Part shown: positions 1-13,283 of the stretch, one piece after another | Numbering within the stretch: position 1 is the stretch's first letter | Layout of the letters: each line of letters starts with the position of its first letter | Source of the DNA: Carcharhinus longimanus | Taxonomy: Eukaryota | DNA length: 63,933 nucleotides | Direction: 5' to 3' | Assembly (NCBI GenBank): GCA_030264375.1 | Contig: JASCQW010000061.1 | Span: forward strand, 53,112,888 to 53,176,820 | The notes under the pieces: model-generated | The model's database searches: none | Seen by the model: only the letters and a program-made list of their open reading frames with translations | Told to the model about the DNA's origin: nothing | Position numbers and translations under genes: made by a program

Positions 1-1861
1 AGGGACGGCGATGGTAGGGCAGACTTGTTGGTTAGATCACTGGGTGGGGCACTGCACGATTGCAAGAATGTCCCAAAATGGGTAGGGAAGGGAAAGACAA
101 AAAAGATTAGAATAATTCCTCCTGCAAAAAAGACACTTATCTTGGGTGATGGTTGCAGTGGAGAAGGCTAAACTTTAAATTGTCTTCCAGCTACAAGACA
201 TACAGCCTGGTTGTGAGGAGAGAAGTTACAAACCTTTCTTCATTTGTCTAACTTTCCAGATGTAAATAGGATAGAGTCACATTCTGACAGGCAAAACATC
301 TGAAGATGTGGACGTTTCATAAATCCGTTGTGATTGTGTCAAGTGGCTATCTTCCACTATGTTGCCTACAACTCCTCTTTCTAATGCACAGAATTAAACA
401 ATAGATTCCTCTGTTTACACGCCCATTAGAAAATGCTTACAATTACATTATCAATTATCTTGAGTTGTCTCCTTTTTGATTCCTTTTGGCATTTATGTCA
501 GGTCTTCTCTTAAATGAGATTTGATCAGGAACAATTTCACAGAATTCTGCAGTATCATTTTGAAAAAGTAGAAAGAAAAATAGGAATCTGCAGAAAAGGT
601 AGAAGAGAAGTCTTACAAAATAGAAAATAGAAAAGGCTAGTAATCAAAGCCAACAAAGAGATGGTTGCTGACTCCTCTGTGAAACCCCATAACTTAGGCA
701 TGGGAGTGATGCAATGGCTGTAATATCAAAACAATGGTCACATTGAGCAAGCAGTCATCTTAATGATGTGGCACCTGTACATTGGTCAGTTGGGGGATAG
801 TCTGCTTACCTTGTTCCATCCCTTCTAATACTGCCTGAGGCCCCGCCAACAAGTTACATGCATCTGGACCAGTGGAGGTTGCTGCTTAACTCCTGTGACA
901 GAGGATTTTCACAGTGCATAATTTTCTGAGTCACCACTGCCTCTACATTTAGCTGTTGATTATCCTCTAGCACTGGTCCTGTGTAAGACAGTTAGTCAAC
1001 CGCCTCCACCTCAGCAGATACTTCATCAGAGCACATCTACTGAATCTGATTTCACAATGTCGGAGCTGCTCTAAGGTATGTTTATGGAGCTTTCATTAGA
1101 TCACCCATTCTGTTGAACACCAATCCCACCATTGCCAACTGTCTGCTCTGTAGCCACATGCCTCCTTGTCTGTGGACATCAATATTGCCAGGTCAGCCCT
1201 GCTACCCCTTGAATGGCAATTCTTATGGCCAGTGTGAGATCTTTGCTCCTAAAATACGAGGTTGAAGAGTTCAGCTTTAGTTAACCTTAGCACCTGACCA
1301 TCAGATGTGAAGATCTTGGCATTGCATTCCTTCTAGGGTTACATAAGCATCTTCATAAGCCTGTCCTGCTTTGAGCCTTTTCCTTGGGTGAGAATTGGCA
1401 CTGGACACACATCTCGTCAGTGTTCCCATACACTTCCTATCTTGTGGCCCTTCTGTTTAGAGCTATGCAGTCTTTTTACAAACCGTCCATTGCTCAGCAC
1501 TTAGCTTTGTGTTACTCACCATGCCAATTAAGAGCTGTTTTAAACCTGGTGGTGGGTGATTACACAACTAACAAACCCAGGTGTGTTTGCTTGCAGGCTC
1601 CTGGGGGCTCATGGAGAGGGTGAGAGTAGGAGAGGGAGAGGTGCTTCCCTTGTTCAAAGGCATTGAGTATCTGAGTGAGGGACCTGGCATCAATGTTGCT
1701 GCTTGATCCTTTCAGATCCCAAACTAGACGACAATCCCTGAAGCTCCACATTCAAAACAATGTTCTTTATAAAAGTGCCTTGGGAAAATTTTGACATTCA
1801 GTACATATAAATGGCTATTGCTGTTGAAATGATATATTATAATCAATGTTGTAAAAGTTGA

Positions 1862-2291
1862 TGGGCTGATTTTTGAATAGATTGTAGTCATCATTGTGAA
1901 TTTCCGCAGCTAATTTTTTCTGCATCCTCAATGACTGTCACACTGAAATACTTAATTTGAGAGATCAGCTTTCCAGCACATTAAGAAACAAAGGGCAGTA
2001 ACTAATGATTAGCAGGATTCTTGCATACAATTTGCAATAAGAGTTTCCATTTTTAACACTTAATCTGTGACAGTCAAAATATGAAAGTTTTTCATATTTT
2101 AGTAATTGCTAATTTTAGGGTCAAGATTTTTCAGCAGGTGGTAAGGAATTTTGTTATCAGTTTGAGTAGTAGATGTGTATTCTGTTGTGTTGCTATGACT
2201 ACGATAATTATTTAATTATGTGTGTCAGGATTTAGGACTGATAAAAGCCGAAAATGTACAATCGTAAAATGTTACCTCCAAAATTCACCCT
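1862..2291. mobile_element. Possible old MITE (GGGCTGAATTTT-type termini)
   Basis: Left gggctgattttt and right aaaattcaccc form imperfect inverted termini like those of other MITEs in the window. Confidence 0.35.
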
Positions 2292-3159
2292 GAGAACAAA
2301 ATATCAACAGGCCCTGCAGGAGTTACTGTTCCAAGAAATGTACTCATTGAAAAGAGGAAAATCATACAAATTCAGTATGGGAACCATATCCAGTGCATTT
2401 ATGATGCAGCAGCAGTAGATATGTCCCAAAGCTATCACCAAATCCAACATGATGAGTCCATGAGCAGGTGAAGAATGGCTAATCTGTACTGGGGTTATCT
2501 TCTGCACTGAATAATTGGTAGCAAATGTCAAAATACAAACTAAATGCTGTTTCCCTCTCTTAGAATGTTACATTATACTTCATAACAGGCCTTCCAGTAT
2601 CTGACCATAGAAAATAAGGGGTAAACTAAAGTTGTAATCTGGTTCTTATATACCCATGCTTCACCCGTGTAATTTTAGCCATCCTTCAAATCCTTTATTA
2701 GATTGCAGCCTTGTAACTCAGTCTCACTTAACACCATTAGCACAGTAAGATATTGTAATCTAGCTTCTTAGCTCTAAATGGGCTGATTGATTTCATAATA
2801 ACAGCTAAATATCCAATAGATCTGCTCCCATTCTTTGGTTAGAAATTCTGCCATCTACTTTAGGAATTGGAATATTGGCCAAAGCTCTTTAGGGACAATA
2901 TTCACCTTCACTACTTGATGTTAAATAAGTGCAGCAATTAATTCACCTAATTGCACTCAACTGAATGTGCCCGATTTTTATTTTTGTTCAAACTTAATGG
3001 AATGAAAATCAGGTGTGCCATATAATGAACAAGTGATCAGCTTCATACTTTACCAACCAAGCAACAAAAGTGAAAACAATCCTTTTTAGACTTGGGGCAA
3101 ACATTTGTTATCATAGCACACATTGAAAAATGTCATGTGGACCACCTAAGCTGTCCAGG

Positions 3160-3395
3160 TAATAAAAAGAGAAAATGCTATATAAGCTCGGCAGGTCTGG
3201 CATCTGTGGAGAGAGAAAGAGTTGATGTTTTGATTCCACATGATCCTTCTACAGTAAAATTCTATAAAAGGGTCATGTGGATTCAAAATCTTAACCCTGT
3301 TCCTCTCTGCACAAGTGCTGCCAAACCTGCTGAGTTTATATAACATTTTCTCTTTTTATTTCAAATTCCCAGCATCCCCAGTATTTTATTTTTAT
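3160..3395. mobile_element. Penelope-like inverted pLTR remnant (palindromic)
   Basis: aaaaagagaaaatgct...gcaggtctggcatctgtggagagag is inverted against ctctctgcacaagtgctgccaaacctgctgag...cattttctcttttt. Same family as 49809-50032. Confidence 0.75.
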
Positions 3396-3444
3396 AAGCT
3401 GAATAGGTCATGGGTTACAGTGCTGTCTAACCCCAGGATATCAT

Positions 3445-3700
3445 CAACAACAACAGACATTTATCGAACTCCTTTAATGTAATGTCCCACGGGCTTCACA
3501 GGAGCATTATAAAACAAAGTATGACACCGAGACTCAAAGAGATATTAGGTCAGGTGACCAAACAGGTAGGTTTTAATAAGTATCTTCAAGTTGGAAAGTG
3601 ACAGAGAGAGGTGGAGAGGCACAGGGAGGAAATTCCAGAGCTTGAGGCCTGGGCAACTGAAGGCATGGCCAACCATGCTGCAGCAATTATGATTAGGAGG
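3445..3700 (-). mobile_element. L2-type LINE 3' end
   Basis: Reverse strand reads ...GHAFSCPGLKLWNFLPVPLHLSLSLSNLKILIKTYLF, a typical L2 ORF2 C-terminus, followed by the tail. Confidence 0.75.
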
Positions 3701-4939
3701 TAAATCAACGTCAGCACAGCTTTCATGAATGATTTCCTTCCCCTTAGGCTTGTTAACAGATTGCACAGTAAATCATTACAACATAAAAAGAAGATATACA
3801 AGAATTCTGACAGGGTTTTGTCTTGTATTAAATACTAAATAAAAGTAATTAGAGTTCAAACATATTATACATAGTATTGTTAATGCGTGATCAGAACGTG
3901 CACCAGCTACCATTAACCTCATTGACTTCAACCAAATAATGGGAACAATATTAGCCAGCATTATGACCTGCTTAATAGTTTTGGAGAAAAGTTTCTATTG
4001 AATAATCTCATCTAGTTTAGTTTAAACCTTAGGTAATAATTATCAAACAGCGGCTTATTCCTTTAGTTACAGCACATAACATCCATCTAATTTTTAGATT
4101 TTTCTAATATACAGTACATCAATGTGATGCAGTCTATAAATATTTATTTTTTGAATTTAAAATTGAGTACACCTCAACAAATTATAAATCCAATCCAGTT
4201 ATCTCTAAGGTTAAGCCTGCCTGACATGACCGTACAATACTGGGAATAATTTATTTTAATATTTGCATTTGAGTTAACATCACCTGCTTCAAGTATGATT
4301 TCTTGCTTCTTAAAATCTGGTAAGGCGGATGTTCTACTGAAGGACAAAGGATAGTAACAGTAAAATAATTATTTTTGATGCCTATCACAGAAATTCCAAT
4401 TGATTCAGACTTACACATGCCACCTCATTATTTCCAGCTCTGTAGGTGAGTCACATCAAGCCCAAATAGCTCAGAACTGATCCTGTAAATTGATTTTTAT
4501 TTACTATATCAATAAATGTTATTTTGTATGCTTCAGGTAAACAGGCTGATTCTGTATTGTGGCATTATTGTTGTATTAGTGTAAGAAAATACAAGCTTCT
4601 ACCTTCTGTTAGTTTTGCTTTTGCACTCCCCTGTGGTCTAAACAAAGAAATTCAGAGAGCAGCTGAGCCATACAGACTTAAGTCTGCACTGAGATAGTTT
4701 ATGTATGAGGTCATTATGAATTCGTCAGCTATATTCAGCACAATTAGGTTAGGTCAGGAAAAAAAATCAGCGAGGGTTACTGCTCCCATGTCGAACTTCT
4801 GCTGGAAACAAGTATTAGATAAAACATATAAGGAGAAAAGGCTATTCAAATCTTTACATTTGCTTTGCTATTCTATTAGATCAAGGTTGGTCTTTACTTC
4901 AACAATTCAATTCTACTTAGCTCATTTTTCTCCAGATTC

Positions 4940-5480
4940 TTCAATAAGTTAAGTCGCAAAAATCCTTGGATCTCAGTCTTGAAAAGTTCAGTTGAGCCAG
5001 CCTCTAGTTTTTGGGGGAAGAGCGCTTTGGATTTCCTGTACTTTAGTTCTAATTTTAAAATAATAGCCCCTTGTTCTGGATTCCCCACCAGAGGAATTAT
5101 TATATCTGTATTTGCTGATTAAATCCTTCTTTCACTTTACGGATATCAATTAGATTACCTCTCAATTTTCAAACCAAGGAGTACCAACCAGGTTTTTGCA
5201 ACCTTTTAAGTCCAGGTATTGTTCTACTAACTTTGCACTGTACCTCCTCTGCAACCGATGTATCTTTCTCAAGCTTCAGTACCTAAAACTGAATGATGTA
5301 CTCCATATTGGGTATGACTAACTGAAGTATAATTCCTCAATGTTGTATTCCAGCCCCCTTGAGATGAAGACCAATAGTCCATTAATCTTTTATTATTTCT
5401 GTGGAGTTACATTGGATTTTACATGGTTGGTCATGTACACACCTGTGTTCATGGATAACCAACTCCCTTTGCTACTTATT
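4940..5480 (-). mobile_element. Degraded CR1 LINE 3' fragment
   Basis: Minus-strand similarity to the CR1 ORF2 end (EYxxQFW, xRGHxxKL, FKxExDxFL-like segments) seen in other copies here. Confidence 0.7.
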
Positions 5481-7443
5481 TTAAATAACCTGATGGATTA
5501 TTTTTAATGTAGTTTTTTTTAGATTCTTAATCCAGCACTAAATAATAGCACCCAGATTTGGTATGATTCCCAATAACACAACTTTTGTTCAAAAAGGTCA
5601 TCTTGTCATATCCCCAATTTGATGTCTTTAATGGAATTCAATATTATTGCTTCAATTGCAGATCGTTTGTGCAGATTGGAAATAAGTGTGGCCTTAACAA
5701 AGCTTCTGTGAAATCTGACTTATCCGCCTGAAATCTTTGTCCTCCTTGGTGGGTGGGGTTCTCCAATGTCGCTGAAAATAGGTGGAGTTTTGGCCAGAAC
5801 ACCAAATCCTTTGTTGTCAATTGCAATGGAACTGCCGTGGATAAGATCAAAGAATCCCGCCTGTTATGTCTTTGGTTTATATAGCACCAAATAGCAATAT
5901 AGAACTCATTGTAGCAAGACATGGAATAGAAAGAAGTCAGTCATATAGTTCTTTGGTTAGTAATGAAAACATCTGAAAGGCTGCTACATCAGATGCTTTT
6001 ATCTCAGATGAGAGAATCAATTATTGATAGAATTAGATAAGTGCAGGAATGGTCAGAACATTTAATCATTTTGGGACAGTCATTTCATTTGATGTAGAGT
6101 TCCATCACATTTTGTTAACTTTGTGGGAGAAAAATAGGTCTTTGCTTAACAAATAAAAATGCAACTTTAAATGAATCAATGTTACAGAATCAGATTTTCT
6201 CTTTATAACCACTGCCTCTGGACTCACTACCTCTCTACCTGTCCCACTCAATCACTCACCAGCTCGCCACCTTCCTCCTCCCAATCCTTAGTCAGCATAG
6301 ATTGTGTTTGCTGATTCTCCCTCCTGCTAATCTTCTCTCTCTCTTTGTCCCTTACTCTCGTTGACCCTCACTCTCACCAAATCTTCTTTTTGCTACCTCT
6401 GCCTGCTTGCCGCTTCCCTGTCTCAAACACTCACTTTGAGCAAGGGCTTACAAGGTAAATGGCGAGAGGCCCAAAGAATAGCTTTGAGTTGCGCAGCTGC
6501 AGACATAAGCCACAAGCCAGAGAGTCAGCAAGAGGGAGGATTGGCAGGGCAAATGGTCAGCAGTGACTGTGAGGGTGAGCAAGAGGGGAAGTCAGCAACA
6601 AATGGAAGTGTTGGCAATGTCTGGGAGGTTGAGTGAGAGGGGTGGTTGCCAGAAACTGAGAAGGTCGGTGGAAATAGGGTCTGTGGCAACTTGACAGGTG
6701 CGCGAGAGGGTTTGGCACAGAGTGGGAAGTTGGCAGTGGGAAGGTTAGGGAGCAAGAGAGGCGACTTCAAAATGGTGCCAATCAGTTCACATGACTCTTG
6801 AACCCAGTGAAACAACATTAGGACTAAACTCCTGATGCTAACTACAAATGCAGGCCCTATTAACTGGTGTTAAATTGGAAGACTTAAAACAGAGCAACTT
6901 AAAATGGGAACTTACTGTGTATCATAATGATTCTGGTTGTGTTCATATGCAAATATAAGTGTAGTTCTAATCGCAGTGCTAACCAGTATTAGAACTGTTA
7001 TTTATATTTGGATACCAGAAGCAACATACAGAAGTGGCTCATTGCTCAGGTCTGTAGCAGTCAAATAAAAATGTAACCAGTAATTTCAAAACCCCTACAT
7101 GGTGTTTCTTTGAGACTGAGGAGAACATACATGAGAGACATTTCCCTTTAGAGAAGGAAAGAAAACATTCTTTGGATTAAAAATGCTTCCACTTAATGAC
7201 AATATTCTGCTTAAAGGATGGGCAGGCATTAGTGCAACAACCAGTATTGTAAAAAAAAACAAACAGAAAGGTCTGAATTAAGACAAAACTGATGAAAACC
7301 TAGCAGATAAAGCAGAGTAAAACTGTTATAGTTAATCACAAAAACAGTAATCATGTTCTTAAGGAAAAATGTGATGTGATGAAGAAAAAGGACAGAGTTT
7401 TGTGGCTCAAAGGTTCTTCCTTTAATTTTTATGCAATGAGTAG

Positions 7444-7561
7444 GCACTGAAGCAGCAACAGAAGAGGAGGATTGGAGTTTCTATGATGATGAACAAGGCG
7501 ATTCCTTGTGTCGTGCTGACACCGCTAAAAGTATCAGAAGAGCACTCAGAGTCATTGGCTG
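7444..7561 (+). CDS. ASXL3: Internal coding exon of ASXL3-like Polycomb group protein (118 nt, phase 0 to 1)
   Basis: Flanked by ...tttaatttttatgcaatgagtAG and G|GTAAGT. Translates [39 protein letters not shown], matching remembered human ASXL3 [39 protein letters not shown]. Includes the PxVxL motif. Confidence 0.92.
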
Positions 7562-9277
7562 GTAAGTAACAATTCTGAATAAATCTATTATCATACAATT
7601 GATTTTTCTATGGAAGAAGCTCATTGAATAGGGTTGAGTTGAGATGAAAACCTGGAAATATCCATCAACAATGGCATCCCAATCAAAATGCCAGCCATTT
7701 GAGCTTTCCTGATAGCTGTGTCACCAGAGGTACCATTAAGGTAGGAGTTGACTGCTCAGTCCATATTGGACAGAATGGTTTTCATGCCTTATGCAAAGTC
7801 TTGACAGAATTGGAACTGTAATCTTCTATGCTGTGACATTGCACACAAGATCACTGATGGACTATCCAATGGTATCAATTACTAACACCTTGACAGGATG
7901 TGACTAGTCCATCAAGTGATATTCTCATCTTCAAATAAAGAACCCATAATATTGTATTACCAATCCTTGTTCCGTGATTGGAATGTTCATGTTGAAGATA
8001 ATAATGTAACATGGTGGCAGCATGGTTTAGAAGATTTGACTGAGCAGAATATAAGCCTTAACCCTTCCGCATCCAGCAGAAGAACAAGTTTGCTGGAAGT
8101 GAAACAACTGTAAAGAATTCACTCTGTAGAAGTGATTCTGCAGCTCTGTCGGAATCCAACATACCATACCTTTGTTCTGGGATCATGCCTCGCTCCAAGC
8201 AGCAGGCACCAGTCCCAGTAAGAATGATTGAATTTGGGAGAGCTTAGTTGGTATAACTCTACATGCTGTGTAATTTAAGCAGGAACAGAAATTAAGTAGC
8301 TGACACTGAAAAGTTTAACTTTAAGCTGAATTCACAGACCAGAGAGAGACTCCATTACTTATTGTCCATACAGGGGGTCTGTGGATGATCAAACACAAAA
8401 GGCTGGCTGGAAAGAAGAATCCATCCAGCAACAGCTCCAAGCAGCCAAAAGGAGCCTGTAGGAAAAACTTTTTTCACTGCTCAATTCTTCTTTTGAAGTC
8501 TGCAGTACAAATTAGCAACTAAATCACTGGGCAGTGCTTACCATTAGCCAGCGATAAATCAGAAAGTTCTCAATAGTGTCACTATTGCAGTCAAGCAGCT
8601 ATGACCAGCTAACGTACTGCAACTTAGAACTAAATTAACTTTAGAAGAGCTGTCAGAACAGTCATCTACAGTTCCGGAAGTGTTAACAATCCTGCAAAAA
8701 GCTAAATGATGGCCATACCATTTCCAACATCAAATTGGAAGGCAGCAGACCTCCTGTCTGAGTTTACTTTGTTCCAACAATGTGTTAAACTGTATTTTCT
8801 GGATCTTGATATTTCAGCACCAAATAAACAAGCCATTACTATTATAAATCTCATGATGCGTACATGAGAGCGGGGCGGTGGGGGCATGCTGAAAGGAGAT
8901 TGCACGGGAGGTTGGAGGGGAGAGTTGGTGAGGTTGGTGTGGGAATTGGAGGAATGGAAGGGCATTGGGGGTGGTTGGAGGAATTATAGAGGGAGGTTAG
9001 AGAGAGTTGGGGGAGAATTAGGTAAGGAGTCAAATTGCTTAGTGAATGTTGTGACTTGTTTGTAGCTACTTTCCTAACATTACTTGATTGCTCTGTGATT
9101 AATTATCCAGACAGAATTAGCATTGGTCCTTTAAATTTCATCATTGTTACTGTTACTCTGATTACTCCATGCAGGTGCCATGAAAAAAAGTCAAAACCGA
9201 CATTTGTACGGTCCCTTTCGCTATGTCTTAAATCACTGTACAGCCAATTAAGTACTTTTGAGTTGTATTCACTGGTA

Positions 9278-9528
9278 CGCAGCACGGTTTCATTAAAGGG
9301 AAGTCGTGTCTGACAAATTTACTGGAGTTTTATGAGGATGTGTCTAGGGCGGTNNNNNNNNNNNNNNNNNNNNNNNNNNNNNNNNNNNNNNNNNNNNNNN
9401 NNNNNNNNNNNNNNNNNNNNNNNNNNNNNNNNNNNNNNNNNNNNNNNNNNNNNATGATCTTATTGAATGGCGGGGCAGGCTCGAGGGGCCAGATGGCCTA
9501 CTCCTGCTCCTATTTCTTATGTTCTTAT
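9278..9528 (+). mobile_element. Young CR1 LINE, interior hidden by a 100-N gap
   Basis: QHGFIKGKSCLTNLLEFYEDVSRAV (RT motif) before the gap; 3' UTR ...ggcctactcctgctcctatttcttatgttcttat after it. An older second tail follows at ~9535-9615. Confidence 0.9.
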
Positions 9529-10699
9529 AACAGGTCATGTTATCAAATGACAGAGCAGGCTCGAGGGGCTGAATGGCATTCTCCTGCTCCTAATGCATAT
9601 GTTCATATGTTGTTCTTGGATGGATGAGATGAACTGGGCTAGGTGGCCTTTGTATCCATAATTATGTGAACAGTGGGTAGAATGATAACTCAAGTTTTGT
9701 TTATTTTGTTACTAATGAAAACGGGCTTTGGGAATGGGATTACCAGGGGAAGTGTGCATTGGGCTCTCAGTGAATCAGTAATCTGCTTTACACTGCACAT
9801 GATTCACAAGAGTCATTCCTGTTCACTTCATTCATGTACTTTTGTCAACTTACCTATTATCTCGCTCTATTTCGGTATGTTTGAGTTGTTTTGATCCTGG
9901 AAATATCATGTTGCTTAGTAGATATTGAAAATATATTGTAGTGAGAAGCAGCAATAAACGGAGTCTGCCAATGTACTGATCAAGAAAGCACAGTAACAAT
10001 TGTGAATGATTCAATCTTTGCCCTCTGGCATCTTAAAAGTTGTGTTGCACAGAGATACCTGGGAGTACCAATGCTTCTCACTGACAGTGGAGTTTTATGT
10101 TGTACAATCATTCCACTTTGTTGCTCAGGAATCATTTGATCTTCCTGCCCTGTGAGGTTACTGATCAGTAGAACTCAATTACATCCCTTATATGAAATAA
10201 TTTTCCTGAATAATATCATGCATCCAAGAAGAAGAAACCCACCTTCTGGTTCTGCAGAATGGAAAAAATCTTGTACAGTTTATTTGGGTTCAATCTTTCT
10301 CCAAATATGAAATTACTGTCACCATGTCCATCTGATGCAATGTGCAGAACATTTAGTGTGGGTTGAGACAATTATGGGAATCAATCTTATTGCCTACAGA
10401 GTTATAAACAACTAATGTGATATTTTCCTGTCAAATTAACAGTTCTAAAATTTGTACTTTCTGGTTTGTTTAATAGTTGCAGTGGGATCACCTGTAGGGC
10501 ACTCACAAACTAATACTGCATTAGATGGTTGCTACATTTAATATAATGCTGCGTATAAAATACATTGATATTTGCAACCCAATGCCAACAATGGGTGTCA
10601 TCATTTTACTAGGATCTTTCTGTGATTGTTGAATCTTAAAAGGAGAAAGAATATCACGCATGATTGAAGTGAGACATATTAAATTGCTGGTAGAATGGG

Positions 10700-11870
10700 G
10701 GTGGGGGGGAATAAGGGACCTGGAAATACGAGAATTTCGGGGGCACATAAGTTCTCTTCCCGGCCCTGCTGGAGTGCCTTGGCATGGTGAGGAGTTCCTG
10801 AATGGAATCTCTTTGACCTCAGCTCCAGGAGGCACTGTGGGCATTTGGCAGAGGGAGTAAAGTGTGGCTGCTCACCATCTGAGCACCCTGAGATGAACCG
10901 CAACAAGAGGCATCACTCCTCCTCCCTCTCAGAACACAATGGCACCTCCCTGACTACCTGAGGAGGAGGTGCAGCTGAAGGAAGATCCAGGCACCTTACA
11001 GCCCTCGTGTCTCACTACAGCCCATGACCAGAGGGTGGGATACTAATCCAACTGCATATCAATAGCCACTGACTGCTCTGCTGACCATGGCTCTCTATGA
11101 CCACATCCAACATGTATTCATTTCAACTATGAAGGAAATATAAGACTGTAAGCTTGGGCCTAGATCTATCTAGGCCTCATGGTGTATCTGCTGCATGTTT
11201 CATTCTCCCACCTGCCAAACCTTCCCCTCAGTGAAAGCCTTTCCTTGTTGCTTTGTGAGATCCACATTGATCTAGCCCTACCATTAAACTTAATCTGGTG
11301 ATGCAGAGTAAGTCATTGACCCTCTTCCTGTGTTGGACCCAGGTGGGCCTATGGATCTCACAGCTGCTAACCCCTCTGCAATTGCCATCCTGGCTTCTTG
11401 GAAAGGCAGGAGGATCTCCTGGAAGGAAAGAGCACCCCTTGTTCTTTCTGGGAATCTGGAGGGAGATATCACTGAACTATGAGGTTACTCGTTGTCTGCT
11501 CTGAGCCAATGCTGACTGAGTCTGGAGTTAAAGATGGAGATCCTGGGGTTCTGTGTCAGAGATAAAGTCTGGGTCTGGAGGCGATGGTGATTATTCTGTG
11601 ACAGAGGGAGTCTGGTCTGTGACAATAGTCCTGGGGTTCTGTGACAAACTCTGCAAAGCCAATAGGTATAGGTATTGCTTAAACCTGGAGCTTGGACTTT
11701 CGACCCATCAGCTGATGGCAGATTCAACAACTTCCTGTCCACCCCATGTAATGTAACTTGCTGGGCCCCAGTCCTTCACCGTGTTTATTGGCCAGTTGCT
11801 GCATAATCACAGTCAGTCAGCATTTCCCACTGTTCCACCCACTTCTGAGTCTGCCATTCTGACCGACACA
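10700..11870 (-). mobile_element. PIF/Harbinger-like relic with Myb/SANT-like ORF remnant
   Basis: GC-richer block. Minus strand at ~11290-11400 reads, with a frameshift, MAIAEG..SSCEIHRPTWVQHRKRVNDLLCITR, resembling the NAIF1/Harbinger Myb motif RTWxQCRKRxNDL. Boundaries approximate. Confidence 0.6.
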
Positions 11871-11879
11871 GGATGACTA

Positions 11880-12290
11880 AATTATGTTTGAGAGGGTACA
11901 AAGACAAGCAACAATAATTACTTATCTTGCTGCAATGTCGAACAATTTTGATTTACTGTCTTTGGAAAAGAGTTGTCAAAGTGTGCGAACTGATGTTTTC
12001 AGGGGAATTGTCTGGATTGATCCGGGTACGTTGCTGACCATGGTGATGGATTCGCCTATCAATGAATAGGAGTTAAATTCAGAAGTTAGGAGCAAGAAAA
12101 GTCAGGTGAAAACTTTTGATCTGAAAGGTAATAGAGTTGTGAAGAAGACTGTATACATGATTGAAGAGGCAATTAATTGCACCACTGGAGAGGGAAGTGA
12201 TTGAGCCAGCGGTGAAAAAGCAGGTAGGGAAGCTGATGTATGAAAAAGATTGGGTTTGACAGCCGTTTGCCTTTCTACCATTCCTAAAAA
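11880..12290 (+). mobile_element. Old CR1 3' fragment
   Basis: ORF 11884 begins FERVQRQAT (CR1 LERVQRRAT), followed by a decayed 3' end. Confidence 0.6.
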
Positions 12291-12549
12291 TTTTTTACAT
12301 TTTTTAAATATATTTTGTATGATGCTTTTGATACCATACTAACAATGCAATGAACTTTGTGTTTTGGGATATTGTAAATTGATTTTGACTCGATAACTGT
12401 CAAGTTTGATGAACAAATAAAGGATTATTAGTGTAACCTTTATTTATTTAAATTTATTCTGATTTTAATTACTGTCTCAATTTCTCTCAATTGAGAGTAT
12501 TATTCCATTCATCCACAATGCCCTGCTTCCAGAATCTTCTCCACTGGCT

Positions 12550-13283
12550 GATGAAGCCATTGAGGAGTACAGTGAAAGTAGGAAGGAACTAAAATATGGA
12601 ATTAGGAGGGCTAAAGAGGGCCATGAAATGTCTTTCACCAATAGGATCAAGGAGAATCCCAAGGCTTTTTATGCATATATTAGGAGCAAGAGGGTAGTAA
12701 GAGAAAGAGTAGGCCCACACAAGGACAATGGAGGGAAGTTATGTGTGGAGCCACAGGAAGTGGGTGAGGTCCTTAGTGAGTACTTTTTATCAGTATTCAC
12801 CAAAGGGAAGGACATGACGGATGTTGAGGTCAGGGATATATGTGTTAAATCTCTAGAGAATGTCAATATTGAGTGTTGAGTATCCTAAATTGCATTAAGG
12901 TAGACAAATCCCTGGGGCAGGATGAGATCAATCCCATGTTACTGCGGGAGGGAAGGGGAGAAATAGCCTGGGCCTTTAACAGGTATCTTCACATCCCCTT
13001 TGACCACAAGCGATGTTCCAGAGGAATGGAGAATAGCCAATGTTGTTTAAGAAAGGAAGCAGGGATAATCCAGGAAATCATAGGCCAGTGACCCCGACAT
13101 CAGTGATGGGGAAGATTTTTGGAGAAGATACTGAGGGACAGGATATATATTCACATTTGGAAGAAAACGAACAGTTAGTGACAGGCAGCATGGTTTTGTA
13201 CGGGGGAGGTCATGTCTCACTAACATAATTGATTTTTTTGAAGAGGTGACAAAGTTAATTGATGAAGGAAGGGCTGTAGATAT
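12550..13283 (+). mobile_element. CR1 ORF2 fragment (5' piece of a multiply interrupted copy)
   Basis: IKENPKAFYAYIRSKR, LFKKGSRDNPGNHRPV and QHGF motifs, with frameshifts. Confidence 0.9.

Noticed and set aside
700-1750. GC-richer block with a minus-strand QYxKGWNK|gtaag segment, possibly another Harbinger Myb relic
   Set aside because: Too degenerate to assign by eye.
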